Assembly: GCA_015055905.1 (NCBI GenBank)
Contig: SVHI01000001.1
Coordinates: 5,364-69,363, forward strand
Length of the DNA: 64,000 bases
Direction of reading: 5' to 3'
Source: Clostridiales bacterium
GTDB lineage: Bacteria > Bacillota > Clostridia > Christensenellales > UBA1242
Position numbers and translations under genes: made by a program. The stretch's first letter is position 1; each line of letters begins with the position of its first letter. The notes under the pieces were generated by a model that was given only the letters and a program-made list of their open reading frames with translations, had not been told where the DNA came from and ran no database searches. This document shows positions 63,046 to 64,000 of the stretch, piece after piece.

Positions 63046-64000
63046 CTATTGTTTGTTTGCTTTATCAGCAAGTTTATCAAGGTTCTTGCCAGCGTGTGCT
63101 TTTGCTCCACTAATAAGGTTTGCAGAACTTTCAGCATTTGTTTTAGCAAGTGAGAAATATCTTGATTGTGTGCTTGTGAATTCTTCATACTCTTTTGTTG
63201 TAGGAAGTTTTTCATCAAGTGTAAGTTTTTCAGTTGTTGGGTTATATCTATAAATTGGCCAATAACCTGTTTCAACTGCAAGTTTTTCTTGTGCTTGAGT
63301 ATTGCTCATATCGCTTCCGTGGTTGATGCAAGGGCAGTAAGCAATAATAATTGATGGACCCTTGTTTTCTTTTGCTTCTTTAAATGCTGTGATTGTAGCA
63401 GCAGGGTTAGCACCCATTGCAACTTGAGCAACATAAACGCCAGGATAAGCCATAGCCATAGCGCCAAGGTTCTTCTTTTGTGTTTGTTTTCCAGCAGCGG
63501 CAAATTTTGCAACTGAACCCATTGGGGTTGCTTTTGATGCTTGACCACCAGTGTTTGAATAAACTTCAGTGTCAAGAACCAAAATGTTAACGTCTTCGCC
63601 AGATGCCAAAACGTGGTCGAGACCGCCGTAGCCAATGTCATAAGCCCAACCGTCACCACCGATAATCCAAACAGATGTTTCAAAAAGTGATGCAACTAAG
63701 CCGTAGATTGCTTTGGTTGTTTCATTGTTTTTGTCTTTGTTATAAAGTTCAACAATAGCATTCTTGATTTCAAGACCAAGTGCTTTGTCTTTTTGTTCTT
63801 GAGCGAGCCAAGTTTTGAGTTTTTCTGTAAGAGCTGCGTCATAAACATTGTTTTCAACTGCTTCAGTAACAATTTCAGTTAAGTGTTTTCTGTTTGACTT
63901 AACAGATTTTCTCATACCCAAACCAAATTCTGCGTTATCTTCGAACAAGCTGTTTGACCAAGCTGGTCCAAATCCATCTTTAGATTTTGTGTAAGGGCAG
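63046..64000 (-). CDS. nifJ: Pyruvate:ferredoxin (flavodoxin) oxidoreductase, C-terminal TPP domain (5' part beyond window)
   Basis: The frame stays open to the window edge, upstream of the TTG codon the ORF track uses as a start. GPAWSNSLFEDNAEFG...GGDGWAYDIGYGGLDHVLASGEDVNILVLDTEVYSNTGGQ is the PFOR domain VI signature. Confidence 0.92.
   Translation of the reverse strand, partial: CPYTKSKDGFGPAWSNSLFEDNAEFGLGMRKSVKSNRKHLTEIVTEAVENNVYDAALTEKLKTWLAQEQKDKALGLEIKNAIVELYNKDKNNETTKAIYGLVASLFETSVWIIGGDGWAYDIGYGGLDHVLASGEDVNILVLDTEVYSNTGGQASKATPMGSVAKFAAAGKQTQKKNLGAMAMAYPGVYVAQVAMGANPAATITAFKEAKENKGPSIIIAYCPCINHGSDMSNTQAQEKLAVETGYWPIYRYNPTTEKLTLDEKLPTTKEYEEFTSTQSRYFSLAKTNAESSANLISGAKAHAGKNLDKLADKANKQ

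Noticed and set aside
1-64000. Alternative genetic code with TGA as a sense codon (code 4 or 25)
   Set aside because: All conserved genes are full length under the standard code and use TGG at conserved Trp positions. No gene appears split at a TGA. Only the absence of TGA as a stop is retained as a finding.

Overview
AT-rich, gene-dense chromosomal segment from an anaerobic low-GC Gram-positive, apparently Clostridia-like (inferred from rpsD inside the alpha operon plus PFOR, type III glutamine synthetase, desulfoferrodoxin and a flavodiiron protein). Bases 1-14330 hold the distal S10/spc/alpha ribosomal-protein super-operon, from rplW (5'-truncated) to rplQ, including secY-adk-map-infA-rpmJ. 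The rest is mainly housekeeping and accessory metabolism. In order: a divergent small-protein/XRE pair, dfx, M-box-controlled mgtE, rnr-smpB-ssrA, and a ~1.8 kb cassette next to tmRNA (MuF-fragment::barnase toxin, barstar, HIT protein). Then a flavodiiron protein, TetR plus two tandem ABC modules, a U32 protein, GNAT-deaminase-HAD, a CaCA antiporter, MscS, CadC/CadA, an MBOAT pair and HD + NahK-like kinase. Finally type III GS, greA, peptidase E, glgB-glgA, a VTT(DedA-like)::acyltransferase fusion, YfcC, exoIII, SAM-I riboswitch-metK, patatin, a ComEC-type MBL protein, an orphan three-gene operon and the 3' end of PFOR. I saw no CRISPR array, transposase, integrase, rRNA or tRNA gene. I do not see a large, clear-cut novel multi-gene system. 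The observations most worth follow-up are: (1) none of the 76 CDS termini uses TGA (59 TAA, 17 TAG); (2) an integration scar and duplicated terminator bracketing a signal-peptide-less barnase/barstar cassette at tmRNA; (3) a translationally coupled orphan operon ending in a shikimate-kinase-like protein without a P-loop; (4) a VTT-acyltransferase-Zn-ribbon fusion; (5) lineage-specific ribosomal-protein extensions. All protein calls rest on reading the supplied translations against remembered family signatures; no database search was run.
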